A program made the position numbers and the translations under genes. From Nitrospira sp. (GTDB taxonomy: Bacteria; Nitrospirota; Nitrospiria; Nitrospirales; Nitrospiraceae), in the NCBI GenBank assembly GCA_013140455.1, contig JABFSU010000084.1:2163-66162 (forward strand): a DNA stretch of 64,000 bases. The letters run 5' to 3'. The notes under the pieces are model-generated. The model searched no databases and had not been told where the DNA came from. It saw only the letters and a list, made by a program, of their open reading frames with translations. Shown one piece after another: positions 56,063 through 64,000 of the stretch; positions within the stretch are counted from its first letter, which is position 1, and every line of letters starts with the position of its first letter.

Positions 56063-56605
56063 ATGAAGGATCCCCCTGCCATGCCCGCAAAAAATTATGT
56101 CACACCGTCGTCCCTTGACCCCTTGCCCGCGGCAGAATATGCTCCGTCCATGGAGCTTCCCGATCTGAAAGACGACCCGTATCTCAAGTTGGTCAGACCC
56201 CTGGTGGAAGCCTACCAGGCGTTCTGGCTGGCAGATAACCGCCATATCCGTTCATTGAAGCTGACGCCCTCGCAGTTCGACGTCATCGCAACGTTGGGCG
56301 ATACCGACGGCATGACCTGCTCTGAATTATCCGCCAGAACTCTGGTGACCAAAGGGACCCTCACGGGCGTACTCGACCGGCTGGTGGCCAAGGGATTGAT
56401 TCGCCGTGAGTCCGTCGACAGCGATCGCCGCCAAATCAGGATTCAACTCACCGAGAAGGGCGACCGGATGTTCCGCAAAACATACGCGGCCCACATCGCG
56501 TTTCTGAAACCGTTTTTCGAACAGGCATTGAGTCCGAAAGAGGTTGACGACGCACGGCGGCTGCTGCTCCGGCTTCGTGACAGTTTCAAACGAGGAACGG
56601 CCTAG
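56063..56605 (+). CDS. MarR-family transcriptional regulator
   Basis: The winged HTH reads LTPSQFDVIATLGDTDGMTCSELSARTLVTKGTLTGVLDRLVAKGLIRRESVDSDRRQIRIQLTEKG. The start is uncertain (ATG 56063, 56081 or 56150); the ORF-track start at 55805 overlaps the HEAT gene. Confidence 0.8.
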   Translation: MKDPPAMPAKNYVTPSSLDPLPAAEYAPSMELPDLKDDPYLKLVRPLVEAYQAFWLADNRHIRSLKLTPSQFDVIATLGDTDGMTCSELSARTLVTKGTLTGVLDRLVAKGLIRRESVDSDRRQIRIQLTEKGDRMFRKTYAAHIAFLKPFFEQALSPKEVDDARRLLLRLRDSFKRGTA

Positions 56606-56607
56606 TC

Positions 56608-57363
56608 ATGCGGCTGACCATTCTCGGCTCGGGCACGAATCTCCATCCGGCAAGAGCCGCCGCCGGCTATCTGGTCCGTACCGACCAGACTATGCTGTTG
56701 GACTTCGGTCCCAGGACACTTTCCAATTTGCTGAAAACGGGCGTCGATCGCCATCGCATCACCCACATCCTCTTCTCGCACTTTCACGCCGATCACTTTT
56801 CCGATTTCATCACCTTCTACTTTGACGCGGTCATCTACACGAAGCATGGCGGTGGGTGGCGACCCGATCTCACCCTGATCGGCCCGCGCGGGGCGAAAGC
56901 CCTGTTCCGCAGCATCATGGCCACATTCCCCAGCTTTGCGGATCCACCGTTCCGGGTCCATCTGAAAGAAGTGACGGACCGAGCCTTTTGGGTCGGTGAG
57001 ACCCTCATTACTCCCCGCCGGGTCGTTCATGTTCCGGATCTGAATAGTGTGGGGTATCGCATCGAGCACAAGAGAAAGACACTGGTCTACTCAGGCGATG
57101 CCCAATATTGTGACAGCCTGGTGCGCCTGTGCCGGGAAGCCGATGTGGCCGTGCTGGACTGCTCGTTCCCGGCCACAAAGCCGGGGCCGGTGCACATGCA
57201 TGCGGGGGAATGCGGCCAGGTGGCGGAGGAGGCCGGCGTCGATCGCCTGGTGCTGTCGCATTTCTATCCGCCCGCGGATCGAGCCGACGTGAAAGCTCAG
57301 GCAGCGGAGAATTTTCGCGGAACCGTGACAAAGGGGAAAGATCTATTGACGATAAGAATGTGA
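56608..57363 (+). CDS. MBL-fold metallo-hydrolase (RNase Z-like)
   Basis: It carries MRLTILGSGT and the HxHxDH motif LFSHFHADHFSDF. Confidence 0.8.
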   Translation: MRLTILGSGTNLHPARAAAGYLVRTDQTMLLDFGPRTLSNLLKTGVDRHRITHILFSHFHADHFSDFITFYFDAVIYTKHGGGWRPDLTLIGPRGAKALFRSIMATFPSFADPPFRVHLKEVTDRAFWVGETLITPRRVVHVPDLNSVGYRIEHKRKTLVYSGDAQYCDSLVRLCREADVAVLDCSFPATKPGPVHMHAGECGQVAEEAGVDRLVLSHFYPPADRADVKAQAAENFRGTVTKGKDLLTIRM

Positions 57364-57385
57364 GGTGAGAGAGAAACCGGCCGGA

Positions 57386-58249
57386 CTACAAGCCTTCTTC
57401 GCGAGGCTCTCCGCCGAGAATTTCAATCAGCGTCGTGAATCGCGCCGTCTTCACCGGCTCATCCAGCTTCGAATAGATCGCCAGGAGATTCTTCACCATG
57501 CGGGAGAGGATGCCCCGAACCTGGCTGTGCTGCAGATACTTGTCATCGAATCCATACCCGGCTTCCGTTAAGAACCGGGCGCAGTTCTTTTCCGTCAACA
57601 GCGCTCCGCCGTTGAAACAATCAATGAAAATCTTGTAGCGATCCGACTCGTACTTCACCAGAAAATGGCCCGGCATCCCGATGCCGTGCAGCGGCAGACC
57701 CAGCCGCTGCCCGATGAGGAGATATACCACCGACAAGCTGATGGGGATCCCCACCCGCCGATCGATCACACGATTCAGATAGCTGTTCTCGACTTCGTAA
57801 TAGTTTTTGGTATTGCCCTTGAAGCCCTGTTCGGTGAACACGTAACGGTTCAGCGCATTCACCGTTTCTTCACCGGACGCGCGCGGACCGATCCGTTCCC
57901 GGACTTCCTGCGCCATCGTATCCAAAAGCCGCCCGTACTCCGCCGTATCGAGCAGGGGATACGTGTACCGGGCAATGAGAAACGCCCCCTGTTCCAGATT
58001 CATGGTCTCATCAGGGCCTGCGGCCATGGCCCGCATTTCGTCCTCGAGCTTGCCCCAACGAATCTCTTCCAGAATCGTCGCGATGCGATCCGCCATCTCC
58101 GGCTGCTCGATCTCGGCTTCCTGAAGCAGCGGCACGGCCGAGGGACCGATGTCGATCAGCTTGTCGCTGATCGTTTCGACAATACGCGCATCTTCATCCG
58201 ACAATAGCCGGATGAGAGCGCGAATCTGACTCTCTGGAATCACCATCAT
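57386..58249 (-). CDS. SirB1 / transglutaminase-like UPF0162 family protein
   Basis: YYEVENSYLNRVIDRRVGIPISLSVVYLLIGQRLGLPLHGIGMPGHFLVKY is present. ATG 58249 follows GAAGGA; the ORF-track start at 58498 runs through the repeat. Confidence 0.7.
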   Translation of the reverse strand: MMVIPESQIRALIRLLSDEDARIVETISDKLIDIGPSAVPLLQEAEIEQPEMADRIATILEEIRWGKLEDEMRAMAAGPDETMNLEQGAFLIARYTYPLLDTAEYGRLLDTMAQEVRERIGPRASGEETVNALNRYVFTEQGFKGNTKNYYEVENSYLNRVIDRRVGIPISLSVVYLLIGQRLGLPLHGIGMPGHFLVKYESDRYKIFIDCFNGGALLTEKNCARFLTEAGYGFDDKYLQHSQVRGILSRMVKNLLAIYSKLDEPVKTARFTTLIEILGGEPREEGL

Positions 58250-58274
58250 TGCAAATCCTTCTCTACCCTCAATC

Positions 58275-58434
58275 GGCAGGATGCTCAAAAAGACTGTCCA
58301 GCAAGGCCGCAGCGAGTGAAGGCCCGAGGTGTACCCTCTGGGTACGTTGAGGGTCTGAACGATGCGACCTGCCTGCGCGAAGCGCTTCGGCGAAGGCAGG
58401 GAACGCCGCTGGGCGGCAAGTTCACCATCCTGCC
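58275..58434 (+). repeat. Intergenic palindromic repeat, copy C (with a nested 37-nt hairpin insertion)
   Basis: The outer arms are GGCAGGATG (58275-83) and CATCCTGCC (58426-34). The shared blocks CCAGCAAGGCCGCAG, GAGGTGTACCC-TCT-GGGTACGTTGAGG and GGGAACGCCGCTGG are present. It also contains an extra palindrome CCTGCCTGCG-CGAAGCGCTTCG-GCGAAGGCAGG. It ends 2 nt before the stop codon of the ABC permease gene. Confidence 0.75.
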
Positions 58435-58436
58435 TG

Positions 58437-59216
58437 CTAGCCCATCGCCCGGCGGAACGCCTTCGCTCCACCGTACAAACAGAGCGCATCAAAAACAAGC
58501 ATCACGACAACCGCCATCCCCACATGCGGCAGCGCATCGCCCCAATTGGTGAGAATCAGCGGCCGTACAGCGTCGATCGCCCAGGTCATGGGATTGAATT
58601 GCGCCAGGACACTCATCCAGGTCGGCATGGCCGTCAGCGGCACCAGCGCCGAGCTGAGGAAAATCATCGGCAGCGACAGGAATCCGAGAACGGAGAAAAA
58701 GTCGCCGTGGCTCTTCACCGAAAAGGCCATCGCCATCGAGATCGCCGTCAGCCCCACACCGAACAGCATGCCGATCAAGAGGATCATGGCCACACCGAGC
58801 AAGCCCGTCGCCGGATGCACGCCGAAGAGAAATGCGATGCCGAGAATCACCAATACTTGCAGGGACGTGATCGTCATCACGAAGATAAACCGGCTGAGGA
58901 TCACCGAACTCCGGTGGATCGGTGCGGACATCAACCGTTCGAGAAACCCGTTTTCCTTGTCGAACAACAGATCCACGCCGCCGGCCAACCCGTTATTCAG
59001 CACCGTCATTACAACTACACCGGCCGCCAGGAAGCTGATGTAATTGGGCGCCTGAGTCACCTGCACGTCCGCGGCGCGCTGAAACAGATTGCCGAAGAAG
59101 ATCAGCCAGAACAGCATCGGCTGGACCAGCGTAAAGAGCATGCTGAATTTTTCCCGACTCAGTCGGCGGACCCACCGCAACGTCAGAGCCTCAATTTCTT
59201 GCCAATAGTGCGCCAT
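58437..59216 (-). CDS. ABC-2 type transporter permease
   Basis: The protein is 259 aa with six hydrophobic helices, directly downstream of the ABC ATPase. Confidence 0.8.
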   Translation of the reverse strand: MAHYWQEIEALTLRWVRRLSREKFSMLFTLVQPMLFWLIFFGNLFQRAADVQVTQAPNYISFLAAGVVVMTVLNNGLAGGVDLLFDKENGFLERLMSAPIHRSSVILSRFIFVMTITSLQVLVILGIAFLFGVHPATGLLGVAMILLIGMLFGVGLTAISMAMAFSVKSHGDFFSVLGFLSLPMIFLSSALVPLTAMPTWMSVLAQFNPMTWAIDAVRPLILTNWGDALPHVGMAVVVMLVFDALCLYGGAKAFRRAMG

Positions 59217-59224
59217 GTATCTCC

Positions 59225-60205
59225 CTACGTTGTTTCTTCCGCCGGCGCCGCGTCGCGGAGCGAGCGGCCCGTATGGGCGATAAAGACATCGTCCAACCGG
59301 GGACGGTGATAATCAATAAAATCGAGGCGGCAGTCCAACTTGTTCGCCGCCTCTAAGATGGCCGGAAGGGCTTTTTCAGCGGACTCCACGCGAATGTCCA
59401 GCCCGGTGGCTGTCGTATTCACGGTGCGAATCGCGGGCTGGCCTGTGATCGCAGCGGCCAACGAGCCGAGCCGCCCGGTTTCCTTGATCGTGAGCGACAC
59501 GATGTCGCCGCCGAGCGCCACTTTCAGTTCGGCCGGAGAGCCGATCGTTTTCACCTTGCCGCAATCGATGATCGCCAGGCGATCGCACAATTGATCGGCT
59601 TCGTCAAGATAGTTAGTCGTCATGACCACCGTCATGCCGCGGGCTTTGAGCATCCGGATATAGTCCCAGATCCGCAGCCGGCTCTGCACATCCAACCCCA
59701 ACGTCGGCTCGTCCAAAAAGAGGATCTTCGGATTCGGCAACAGGCCGCAGGCGATATCGAGCTTCCGCTTCATGCCGCCCGAATAGGTCTTCGCCGGCCG
59801 GTCCGCGTGCTCTTCGAGTTCGACCAGCTTGAGCAGTTCGGCAATCCGCTTCGCGGCTTCTTCCTTGGTCAGATGATAGAGCGCCCCGAGCAATTCCAGA
59901 TGTTCCCGCCCGGTGAGAAAGCGATCGATCGCCCGTTCTTGCGGCACATAGCCGAACAGCGTCCGGACCAGATCCGCCTCGCGCACCGTATCGTGCCCGA
60001 GCACCGTGGCGGTGCCGGACGTCGGATGCAGCAAGGTGATGAGCGTGCGCAGGGTCGTGCTTTTGCCGGCGCCGTTGGGCCCCAGCAAGCCGAAGATTTC
60101 GCCCGCATACACCTGAAAAGAAAGATCGTCGACCGCTTTATGGCCGTCATAGCTCTTACAGAGCCGATTCACATCGATCGCAATTGTCCGGTCCATTACC
60201 CCCAA
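59225..60205 (-). CDS. ABC transporter ATP-binding protein (DrrA-like exporter ATPase)
   Basis: Walker A is GLLGPNGAGKST, the signature motif is YSGGMKRKLDIA and Walker B is ILFLDEPTLGLD. Confidence 0.9.
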   Translation of the reverse strand: MGVMDRTIAIDVNRLCKSYDGHKAVDDLSFQVYAGEIFGLLGPNGAGKSTTLRTLITLLHPTSGTATVLGHDTVREADLVRTLFGYVPQERAIDRFLTGREHLELLGALYHLTKEEAAKRIAELLKLVELEEHADRPAKTYSGGMKRKLDIACGLLPNPKILFLDEPTLGLDVQSRLRIWDYIRMLKARGMTVVMTTNYLDEADQLCDRLAIIDCGKVKTIGSPAELKVALGGDIVSLTIKETGRLGSLAAAITGQPAIRTVNTTATGLDIRVESAEKALPAILEAANKLDCRLDFIDYHRPRLDDVFIAHTGRSLRDAAPAEETT

Positions 60206-60885
60206 CCCTTCGCGCCTTGTTGATCATGCACCATGAACTGGATCAGGTCGCTTAGACGACGCGCCCGCTGGTGGAGACCTTCGGCTTCTATAAGAAATTG
60301 TTTTTCCAATGGTGTGCAGTCCAAATAGGTCGAAAGCGTATTGACGAGCACTTCGTCCTTCACATCGTCGCGGAACAATCCTTCCCAGATCGCGGCATCT
60401 TCCCGCGCCCTCAGATATTTCTCTAACACCTTCATCAAGGCCTGACGCACTTCGGGGGCGAGTGAAGGTTCGACCATCGCCTTCTTCAGCGCTACTCTGG
60501 CTTCCCGATAGGGCTTCTCAAAAAACTCTTCCTGAATTTCGTACCGCTCCAATCCCTGGAGCAAAATATTCGACCGTCCGTCCGGCAATGGTTCCACACT
60601 GAGCAGCCGCCCCACACAGCCGATCGGGTAGATCGCAGGATGGCCATAGTAATCCGTCTCCCATCCTTCCTTCAGCAGCGCCATCGCCACGCACTGGCCA
60701 CCCGCCGCGGCATCCGCCACCATCTGACGATAGCGCGGCTCGAAAATATGGAGCGGCAGATAGGTCTTCGGGAAAAAGACCACGTTGGGCAACGCAAAGA
60801 CCGGAACACGTTCCGGGATGGTGAACGGGACAGCGTTGTCGTAGGGGTCGCTTGTGGGTTGGTCGCGCTCGCGATCAATCTGCAT
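60196..60885 (-). CDS. Lon protease N-terminal (substrate-binding) domain protein
   Basis: VPVFALPNVVFFPKTYLPLHIFEPRYRQMV is present. The protein has no AAA or protease domain. Confidence 0.8.
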   Translation of the reverse strand: MQIDRERDQPTSDPYDNAVPFTIPERVPVFALPNVVFFPKTYLPLHIFEPRYRQMVADAAAGGQCVAMALLKEGWETDYYGHPAIYPIGCVGRLLSVEPLPDGRSNILLQGLERYEIQEEFFEKPYREARVALKKAMVEPSLAPEVRQALMKVLEKYLRAREDAAIWEGLFRDDVKDEVLVNTLSTYLDCTPLEKQFLIEAEGLHQRARRLSDLIQFMVHDQQGAKGWG

Positions 60886-60965
60886 GGCTCACGATAGCCG
60901 AGAGTTGTGAAAATTGTCAACGCTGAGACCGGCGCTCATCTGCACGTGAGATAGCGTGAAAGACC

Positions 60966-60981
60966 TCACCAATACTGGTGA
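60966..60981. promoter_or_regulatory. Inverted repeat TCACCA-N4-TGGTGA in a divergent promoter region
   Basis: Perfect 6-bp arms lie just upstream of a weak promoter-like TTGTGC-18 nt-TATAAG (60983-61012) ahead of ATG 61047. Confidence 0.25.
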
Positions 60982-61046
60982 TTTGTGCGCGATCTTTCTC
61001 GCATGCTATAAGCCGTGGAAGAAATAGATCTCCCTGATGGTGAGCT

Positions 61047-62204
61047 ATGGCATCCCTTACTATTCGTCTCGCAAGACAGCTGAAGCGAATCGCGATCACC
61101 GGACTCTGCCTGATCCCTGTGCTCGCAGGTGCAGCGCCGGCAGCGCCGATCGATCAGCCAGCCACTCCGTTTCGTCTGGCGCAAGAAGGGTATCGATACG
61201 AATTCCCGCGTGACCACGGCGCGCACGACGCCTTCCGCACCGAATGGTGGTACTACACCGGCCATCTGAAAACTACTGAGGGTCGGCGATTCGGATTTGA
61301 GCTCACGTTCTTTCGCCGCGCGATTGCGCCCGATCAAGTCGAGACGCACCCCTCTCGCTGGTCGGTCGATCAACTCTATCTGGCCCATCTGGCCGTCACC
61401 GATGTCACAGGCCAACGCTTTCACTTTCGCGACCGCATCAGTCGCGCCGGTTTGGGCAAGGCCGGAGCCGACGCCACCCGTCTCCACGTCTGGCTCGATC
61501 AGTGGCGCGCAGAATCGTCCGGACAGAGCGACCAGCAAAAGCTCGAAGCCAAAGCCGATGGTGTTGCGCTCACGCTGACCCTCACTCCCGCCAAACCGCT
61601 GGTCGTGCACGGCGAGCGAGGGATCAGCAAAAAAGGAGCGGCGGTAGGACAGGCCTCGCACTACTATTCGTTCACCAACCTCACGACAGCAGGCAATTTG
61701 ACAATCGGCACCGAAACCTACCGGGTCACCGGCACCAGCTGGATGGATCATGAATTCGGCTCAGCAGACTTGGGCGCAGATCTCGCCGGGTGGGATTGGT
61801 TCAGCATCCAACTCGCCGACAAGCGTGAACTCATGATCTATCGCCTCCGTCATACCGATGGTTCATCGGACGCAGCCTCCAGCGGAACGCTCGTGTTTCC
61901 TGACGGCCGCACGCAACACCTGTCAGCCATCGACATCCAATTGATCCCGCTCGATACCTGGACCAGCCCAACGAGCAAGGGCACCTACCCCAGCCGCTGG
62001 CAGGTCTCGATTCCGTCTCTGGAACTGTCGTTGAAACTGACCCCCCTCCTGGCCGATCAGGAATTGCGCACGACGCGCAGCACGCAAGTCACCTATTGGG
62101 AAGGAGCGGTAGATGTAACGGGGGCGGAGCAGGGAAAGCCCTTCAAAGGCCAAGGCTATGTCGAACTAACGGGGTATGCGGAGCGGATTGAGAAGAAGCT
62201 GTAG
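61047..62204 (+). CDS. AttH/CrtC-like lipocalin-fold protein (carotenoid 1,2-hydratase family)
   Basis: A signal peptide is followed by FPRDHGAHDAFRTEWWYYTGHLKTTEGRRFGFELTFFR and WMDHEF. Confidence 0.75.
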   Translation: MASLTIRLARQLKRIAITGLCLIPVLAGAAPAAPIDQPATPFRLAQEGYRYEFPRDHGAHDAFRTEWWYYTGHLKTTEGRRFGFELTFFRRAIAPDQVETHPSRWSVDQLYLAHLAVTDVTGQRFHFRDRISRAGLGKAGADATRLHVWLDQWRAESSGQSDQQKLEAKADGVALTLTLTPAKPLVVHGERGISKKGAAVGQASHYYSFTNLTTAGNLTIGTETYRVTGTSWMDHEFGSADLGADLAGWDWFSIQLADKRELMIYRLRHTDGSSDAASSGTLVFPDGRTQHLSAIDIQLIPLDTWTSPTSKGTYPSRWQVSIPSLELSLKLTPLLADQELRTTRSTQVTYWEGAVDVTGAEQGKPFKGQGYVELTGYAERIEKKL

Positions 62205-62214
62205 CTGATGGGGA

Positions 62215-62231
62215 AAGGGGCCTGACCCCTT
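62215..62231. terminator. Short hairpin between convergent genes (possible bidirectional terminator)
   Basis: AAGGGG-CCTGA-CCCCTT lies 10 nt after the TAG of the AttH-like gene and 22 nt beyond the stop of the minus-strand gene. There is no strong U-tract. Confidence 0.3.
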
Positions 62232-62252
62232 ATCTCCCCTCCAAATAAAGTA

Positions 62253-62822
62253 TTAGAACTCTTTGGGCCGCCTCCTTGTAATCGTGGGAGTGGGAAGCCG
62301 CTTCAATGGTCGGCTGAACTCGTTTATACAGCCAATAACTTCTCGCCTACCAAACCGATATTTTTGCTGCCTCCCATCGGCGATGAATACGAAAGTGAAA
62401 TCGCTCCAAGTTTGAAGAAACTTTTCTTCCTCGATTCCCTCACGTGGAGATGTTGGATCTCGGAATAGAGCTTGAATAAAGAAACGGCATTTAGCGGGCA
62501 CACCATTGGTTTCCTCCGGTGCCATCCCCTCCATGGTGAGCGGCAGGCGAAAACCCGTGATATCTGATTCGATATAGCCGCTGATCTTGTGAATGGGCAA
62601 CTTGGATTTATTAGTACCAAAACCCTGCAAACAAGTGATGTATACCGGCCCGTTGCCTTCAGCGAACATTCCTAAGAAACCGCTGAAGTCCCAACAAAGA
62701 CCCCACCATTTAAGACTTTGAACATACCTAAACGCGACGTAGGGTTTCTTGACAATGAATGCCAACCCCCTCCAAACGGAATGGAAAATTCGAACGACGG
62801 TAAAGACTGATATGTCAGCCAT
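62253..62822 (-). CDS. Hypothetical protein (189 aa) in a low-GC segment
   Basis: This is a clean ORF, third in a co-directional trio. The N-terminus is hydrophobic and I recognise no domain. Confidence 0.4.
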   Translation of the reverse strand: MADISVFTVVRIFHSVWRGLAFIVKKPYVAFRYVQSLKWWGLCWDFSGFLGMFAEGNGPVYITCLQGFGTNKSKLPIHKISGYIESDITGFRLPLTMEGMAPEETNGVPAKCRFFIQALFRDPTSPREGIEEEKFLQTWSDFTFVFIADGRQQKYRFGRREVIGCINEFSRPLKRLPTPTITRRRPKEF

Positions 62823-62885
62823 GAGCTCTAACTGTCCTGCAATTCACCGGCAGACGCGGAGCTGTTTGGGTGACACAAAGCGTCG

Positions 62886-63536
62886 TTACACCCCGATAAT
62901 TGCCGACATGTCTTTAGCGTATTGATCATAGGACCGCCAATCAATCAATGCTGTGACGTTGCTAGAGAAATTAATGAGATACTCGTTCCGCAAGTCGAAA
63001 GCTGGGTCGCGAACTGCTGGGTCAGTGGAGTAGCCATGTTTGGTGGCAAGACGTTCAAACACAGTAAGGTTCGGCTCTCGGAGTGAATTCTCATCAAGGT
63101 GCGCAAATTGATTCCGCCCAGCATAGATGATTAGTCCGATTGGCACCATCCGTACACGGCGTCCGACACAGAACGGTACGGCCTTAGACGAAGGCTTGAT
63201 GACACTTCCGAAGTCTGCGGGCACAGCCCTGTTATGCGAAAACCACTGGATTCCGGTGGCCGCAATTTGAAGCACGCATCCGCACAATGTAGCTAGCGCG
63301 AAACTCTCGGCTGAGAAATCGTGTTGTGCTTTTAGCGAAAGCCGCACTTGCTCTTCGTGCTCCGTAAACCAACGCTCCAAGGCAACTCGATGGTCTGCAT
63401 CGTTAGCAATCGACTCTGAGAAGATAGGAGGCGGTGCTTTTGCAAGAGCGGAAACGTAAGTGTCAATGCTGTCAAACAACTTTCTCGTGGCGCTTTCGGT
63501 GCGGCACAGATATTCGTTAGCGGACTGCATAGGCAT
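62886..63536 (-). CDS. Hypothetical protein with an RNxxxH (HEPN-like) motif
   Basis: The ORF is 216 aa. IIYAGRNQFAHLDEN (R141-H146, nt 63099-63116) fits the Rx4-6H HEPN signature with the Asn after Arg. The assignment is tentative. Confidence 0.4.
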   Translation of the reverse strand: MPMQSANEYLCRTESATRKLFDSIDTYVSALAKAPPPIFSESIANDADHRVALERWFTEHEEQVRLSLKAQHDFSAESFALATLCGCVLQIAATGIQWFSHNRAVPADFGSVIKPSSKAVPFCVGRRVRMVPIGLIIYAGRNQFAHLDENSLREPNLTVFERLATKHGYSTDPAVRDPAFDLRNEYLINFSSNVTALIDWRSYDQYAKDMSAIIGV

Positions 63537-63629
63537 CGGGGTCTAACTCCGGCGCTCACTTGCGCAAATGATGCGCGAGCTTGCGAACGCACCATAAAGC
63601 GTCGGTTACAGCGGCTGGTTGCAAAGCAT

Positions 63630-63920
63630 TCATTTCCCCTTGAAAGGCGGATTCAGGTTGTAGCCAACAGATGGATCGTTAGAACGCTCGGAAAGGATGT
63701 ACTCAATCTCTTTCTTATTCACTTCCGCCAACGTCGCTGTATCCGATGACCAAAGAATCTCCTTAGTCAGAGTAAAACGCTTGCGCTGTTCCGGAGTGAA
63801 GTCCTTTGCGACATATTCGTCTTTAGGACTTCCCATGTAGGTGAGGCTATTCGTGCGGTCTTGCCCAACGTAAATCTTTCCATTGGGGTAGGTGACCTTG
63901 CAGATGACACTCGTGCTCAT
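63630..63920 (-). CDS. Small GIY-YIG-like nuclease-domain protein (96 aa)
   Basis: SVICKVTYPNGKIYVGQ aligns by eye with the GIY-N(9-11)-YVG motif (I-TevI GIYQIKNTLNNKVYVGS). KKEIEYIL and GYNLN align with the conserved Glu and the GYN region. The canonical Arg/His after YIG are not obvious. Confidence 0.45.
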   Translation of the reverse strand: MSTSVICKVTYPNGKIYVGQDRTNSLTYMGSPKDEYVAKDFTPEQRKRFTLTKEILWSSDTATLAEVNKKEIEYILSERSNDPSVGYNLNPPFKGK

Positions 63921-64000
63921 GCTCTAAAGGAAAAACCCGCGACCTTCTGTGCATGCCTTATAATCCAAGCTTCTTCAGTTTGCGAACAATACGCCACAAT

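Overview
This 64-kb window looks like a chromosomal segment from a high-GC bacterium (about 60% GC by eye) with an outer membrane, judged from LolA, lipobox lipoproteins and an outer-membrane beta-barrel protein. The protein style and the intergenic repeat remind me of Nitrospira-type genomes, but I cannot verify that without a database search. I support about 55 protein-coding genes and found no rRNA, tRNA, CRISPR array, transposase or integrase.

Layout:
- 1-0.3 kb: the end of uvrC.
- 0.5-6.2 kb: two LuxR-type regulators bracket a nitroreductase-like / atypical ketosynthase / P450 operon.
- 6.4-17.9 kb: a dense two-component signalling island. It holds two paralogous NarL-type kinase/regulator pairs, a 1595-aa hybrid kinase, and a protein with only a receiver-like domain and a kinase dimerisation domain.
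- 18-27 kb: a YqhA-like membrane protein, a lipoprotein, two tandem patatin-like phospholipases, an orphan 834-aa P-loop ATPase and a secreted protein.
- 27.8-37 kb: uvrA, which lacks the insertion domain, then ubiE/menG and an operon of two radical-SAM enzymes plus a USP/rubredoxin protein that share four PCP_red-like modules.
- 37.0-37.5 kb: a low-GC non-coding stretch followed by an orphan ribbon-helix-helix gene.
- 38-48.9 kb: a long minus-strand housekeeping array (2OG oxygenase, lolA, ftsK, rsmA, pdxA, a CaCA antiporter, larC, larB, gpsA).
- 49-62 kb: mixed metabolism and transport genes (an outer-membrane protein, a split ArgZ-like pair, truD, a metallophosphoesterase, MarR, an MBL hydrolase, an ABC-2 exporter, a Lon N-domain protein, an AttH/CrtC-like protein).
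- 62.2-64 kb: a low-GC segment at the window edge with three unknown minus-strand genes, one GIY-YIG-like and one carrying an RNxxxH HEPN-like motif.

Three copies of a 125-160-bp hairpin-forming intergenic repeat each sit directly against a stop codon.

The candidates I rate most interesting are the LuxR-bracketed biosynthetic cluster, the radical-SAM/PCP_red operon, the repeat family and the terminal low-GC nuclease-like module.

All functional calls rest on motif recognition by eye. No searches were run.
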